The position numbers and the translations under genes are program-made. From the NCBI GenBank assembly GCA_021842405.1, contig JAKBZR010000007.1:1-59431 (forward strand): a DNA stretch of 59,431 bases, written 5' to 3'. Positions 56,355 through 59,431 of the stretch are shown here, piece by piece. The notes beneath the pieces are model-generated. The model did no database searches. It saw nothing but the letters and a program-made list of their open reading frames with translations, and was not told the origin of the DNA. Numbering within the stretch: the first letter of the stretch is position 1; each line of letters begins with the position of its first letter. Source of the DNA: a bacterium. GTDB taxonomy: Bacteria; Armatimonadota; Chthonomonadetes; Chthonomonadales; JAMCWF01.

Positions 56355-57713
56355 ATGAGCACCTCATTCACAAAACATAATAATCCGGATTGGGATGCGA
56401 TGCAATTCATCGCCCGAAAACGGGATGGGTTTGAGCATGGAGAGCACGACATCCAGCGCTTTATCCGCGGACTGGTGGACGGCGACATCCCCGATTACCA
56501 AACCTCAGCCTGGCTCATGGCGGCCTACCTGAACGGACTCTCGGCAGCGGAAGCTCAATTTCTCACTTCGGCGATGCGCAACAGCGGCCGCACCCTTTCA
56601 GCCGATATTTTACCAGCGCCCCGCTGTGATAAGCACAGCACCGGCGGCGTCGGCGATAAGACCTCGCTGGTGGTGGCGCCGATCTTGGCCGCGGCCGGTG
56701 TATCGGTCTTAAAAATGTCGGGGCATGGGCTCGGCCATACCGGCGGCACGCTGGATAAGCTGGAGGCGATCCCCGGCTTCCGCTGCGATCTGCCGGTGGA
56801 GGAGGCGATCAATCAGGTGAAGCGCATCGGGTTGGCCATCATCGGTCAGACAGTGGAACTGGTACCGGCCGACAAAAAGCTCTACGCACTTCGCGACGTC
56901 ACCGCCACCGTGGATTCCATTCCGCTCATTGCGGCCAGCATTATGTCAAAAAAGCTGGCGGCCGGCTCACCCGCGCTGGTTCTGGATGTGAAGGTGGGGG
57001 CGGGCGCCTTCATGAAGACGGTTCCGCGCGCCCGTGAGTTGGCCCATACCATGCTGACGATCGCCGAGAATGCCGGAGTCGCGGCGAGTGCGCTGCTCAC
57101 CGATATGAATCAACCGCTGGGAGCGACGGTCGGCAATGCGCTGGAAATCATTGAGGCGGTCGGCATTTTGACCGGCTCGTTGGGTAAATTGGATCTCGAA
57201 GCCTCCGCATCGGCGGCCGCTCGTTTTCGTACTCTCTGCCTCGAAATGGCGGCGGCTGGTCTGGTGCTCACCGGAAAGGTGAAAAGCCATAAGGGTGGTT
57301 ACGATTTGGCGAGCCGCTTGCTGGAGGATGGGTCGGCGGCCGCCAAATTGGAGGCGATGGTAGCAGCCCAATACGGCGAAGCCGCCGTCGTGAAAGACCC
57401 ACTGAAACTCGAGTTGGCGCCGGTGCAAAGGCAAATCAAGGCCGAGCGCGACGGCTACCTCATTTCAATGGATGCCCAGCGCATCGGTGAGGCAGCGGCC
57501 GATTTGGGCGGCGGCCGCCATCGTGCCGAGGATGCGGTGGATCATGCGGTCGGCGTGGTGATTCATCGGTCGGTGGGCGAAGGGGTAAAGCGGGGTGAAC
57601 CGATTTTGACCGTCTATTCGCGAGATGAGGATGCGGCGGTGTTGAAGGAGGTCGTGCAAATCGGTGATGCGCCGCCCGCTTCAACGCCGATCGTATTGGA
57701 ACGATTGCCGTAA
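56355..57713 (+). CDS. pdp: Pyrimidine-nucleoside/thymidine phosphorylase
   Basis: Motifs DKHSTGGVGDK, KMSGHGLGHTGGTLDKLEAIPG, LRDVTATV, SIMSKK and DVKVGAGAFMK. Confidence 0.95.
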   Translation: MSTSFTKHNNPDWDAMQFIARKRDGFEHGEHDIQRFIRGLVDGDIPDYQTSAWLMAAYLNGLSAAEAQFLTSAMRNSGRTLSADILPAPRCDKHSTGGVGDKTSLVVAPILAAAGVSVLKMSGHGLGHTGGTLDKLEAIPGFRCDLPVEEAINQVKRIGLAIIGQTVELVPADKKLYALRDVTATVDSIPLIAASIMSKKLAAGSPALVLDVKVGAGAFMKTVPRARELAHTMLTIAENAGVAASALLTDMNQPLGATVGNALEIIEAVGILTGSLGKLDLEASASAAARFRTLCLEMAAAGLVLTGKVKSHKGGYDLASRLLEDGSAAAKLEAMVAAQYGEAAVVKDPLKLELAPVQRQIKAERDGYLISMDAQRIGEAAADLGGGRHRAEDAVDHAVGVVIHRSVGEGVKRGEPILTVYSRDEDAAVLKEVVQIGDAPPASTPIVLERLP

Positions 57714-57927
57714 TTAAACGGTCTTTAGTTAGGATGAAAATGTGCAGCGGCAGCCAATATCCAGATTAGGGTGAATAACTGCGTCGGGTCTTTTGTCCTA
57801 CCGCTTCGAAAATTGCAGAGATCACAGGGGGTGGAATTTAAGAGGCTGTCGAGAAAAGGCTAAAACGATAAATATACGGATGTTTTATAGTTTTTTACGA
57901 TCAATTTATAGAATACGTTTAGCTATT

Positions 57928-57972
57928 ACTCCGGCAATGTTATAGCGTAATTCTCCTAACCTCACTGCTCCT
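57928..57972. repeat. 45-bp direct repeat, copy 2
   Basis: ACTCCGGCAATGTTATAGCGTAATTCTCCTAACCTCACTGCTCCT. Confidence 0.9.
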
Positions 57973-58003
57973 GCTTGTCGTCGTCGCCCACCACGCGCCG
58001 ATC

Positions 58004-58053
58004 CCCTAAACCCTAAACCTAAACCCTAAAGGTTTTTAAAACCTTTAGGGTTT
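58004..58053. repeat. CCCTAAA heptamer tandem running into a palindrome
   Basis: CCCTAAA CCCTAAA CCTAAA CCCTAAAGGTTTTTAAAACCTTTAGGGTTT. Confidence 0.8.
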
Positions 58054-58206
58054 CGCCGTGCCGTTTCACCCCAATGTGCGTGGCGGCCGAAGATACTGCT
58101 GCCTTTAGAATGAAGATGGTAACCGGTGGTAATAACCTAACGCCCCCCCTCGCCCTCACTCCAAGTTTAAAGAAGAAGATTCCGATCCGGGTCCATCCGA
58201 TTTCAC

Positions 58207-58345
58207 TTCCCAATCCTGGGAGAGGGCTGGTGAATGAGATTGCTTCGCTTTGCTCGCAATGACACCCTCCCCCCTCCGTGGGGGAGGGCTGGGGTGGGGG
58301 GGCGGCAAATATGGTCGAAAATCACTCCCATAAAACTGAACTCTT
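58207..58345. repeat. Family A partial copy A7 (modules plus right TIR)
   Basis: CCCAATCCTGGGAGAGGGCTGG...GATTGCTTCGC...GCAATGAC...CCCATAAAACTGAACTCTT. Confidence 0.85.
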
Positions 58346-58465
58346 ACTGTAACAACTCTCTTACTTCAGTTGGCACGATTTATGCAATAATACCAGGCAA
58401 GCAAGTTAAATATAGCGCGAGTGATTTTACCGGCAGCCATTAAAGTTAATATAGGAAGAATTGAA

Positions 58466-59406
58466 ATGTTCTGGAGTCGAACTCGCTCAACGCTGTACCT
58501 CTTCTTGGCGACCTCGCTCTTCGTTTTTGCGGGTGGGGGGGCAAAATGCCAAACCAGTAATTGGAGCATATTAATCTCTCGTACACCGTAAACGGAACTA
58601 CCACCACCGGATTTTCAATTCAAGTCTCAGACCTTCAAAATGGTTTTGAAACATATGTTGGTGGTTCGTCTCCGGCATAAACGATGTGATTTTGTATCAA
58701 GGGGGTGCGAAGCATTTTACCCCCTTGATATCTTGAATGTCGAATACACGCTGATAAAAAGGAGCGATCCATGATTTTACGGGCATACGTTATCCTACTG
58801 GCTACGTTACTCCTTGTAAAGAGCGGCACTTCAGATTTGAAAGACCCACGGCTGCAACGAATCTCCAAAGAGGAACTAATCAGTCTCATCAATCAAACAC
58901 CTTTCGAGGTCACGGTTACATAGGAGATACGACCTGGGATGGGATATATGTACAACCAACAGATGCTTTATCAGCACAAGTAAATTTTACCTATTCGCAT
59001 TAAATGGTGACGCCCACCATTCGTTTGCCAGTGTTGCCGCCGAATGGTGGGAGCTAAATAAAAAGCCATTGAAAGGAGTTTGAGCGATGAAACGGAAATT
59101 AGCTCTCACATCGGCGATAGTTCTGCCAGCGCTGAACCGGTAGGCATCAACTTTGGAGTCACATTGGGAGCTACGTTTACTACGCAAGTCACCCGGCACA
59201 AATCGTATACCTGTCCACAGGGCTACTATTCGTGGGTCACCAATCAACCGTTTTGGCGCCATCGAGACGGCGTGGTTGACAATTACGGCAGCCACGGTTT
59301 CGCCGGAACTCAGCCTTGGATGCTAGACTGTGCTTATAATCCATCAAACCCCCTGATTGATTACGTAGAATATATCAGAATGAGTGACACGCCACCACAA
59401 TTTTAA
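58466..59406 (+). pseudogene. AT-rich tract of fragmented secreted-protein ORFs
   Basis: Signal-peptide-like starts at 58466 (MFWSRTRSTLYLFLATSLFVFAG...) and 58771 (MILRAYVILLATLLLV...) both stop early. A Ser/Thr-rich 108-aa fragment lies at 59080-59406. Confidence 0.45.
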
Positions 59407-59431
59407 AACTGATATTACAACGCCTTCCGCT

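Noticed and set aside
58004-58030. Plant-type telomere repeat (CCCTAAA) suggesting eukaryotic contamination or a chromosome end
   Set aside because: Only about four imperfect units, which are extensions of one arm of a local palindrome within bacterial sequence.
3892-58345. CRISPR array
   Set aside because: The repeats are dispersed and palindromic, not regularly interspaced direct repeats, and no cas genes were recognised.

Overview
A 59.4 kb bacterial chromosome segment of moderately high GC. It is probably from Armatimonadota, inferred from a DUF1559 prepilin-type gene, many very large secreted glycoside-hydrolase-like proteins and UroD-family/AP-endonuclease-2 sugar enzymes. Housekeeping genes are secA (running off the left edge), a glycine cleavage operon (gcvT-H-PA-PB plus lipoate ligase), yebC, pyrF, an LCP protein, hemL, pdp, tRNA-Lys(UUU) and a probable 6S RNA. 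These are interspersed with carbohydrate-utilisation genes and two ABC modules. Accessory elements are an AT-richer ABC-ATPase plus DUF3226 (TOPRIM-like) pair, an orphan ParA flanked by two unknown genes, and an SfiI/BglI-like restriction-modification locus whose endonuclease appears deleted. The most unusual signal is non-coding. At least three families of terminal-inverted-repeat intergenic elements are built from interchangeable hairpin modules. Inside them, 18-33 nt CCTG...CAGG micro-hairpins appear inserted into one another up to three levels deep without target duplication, and one repeat pair brackets a short gene fragment. No transposase, integrase, CRISPR array or rRNA was seen. All family assignments come from motif recognition, not database searches.
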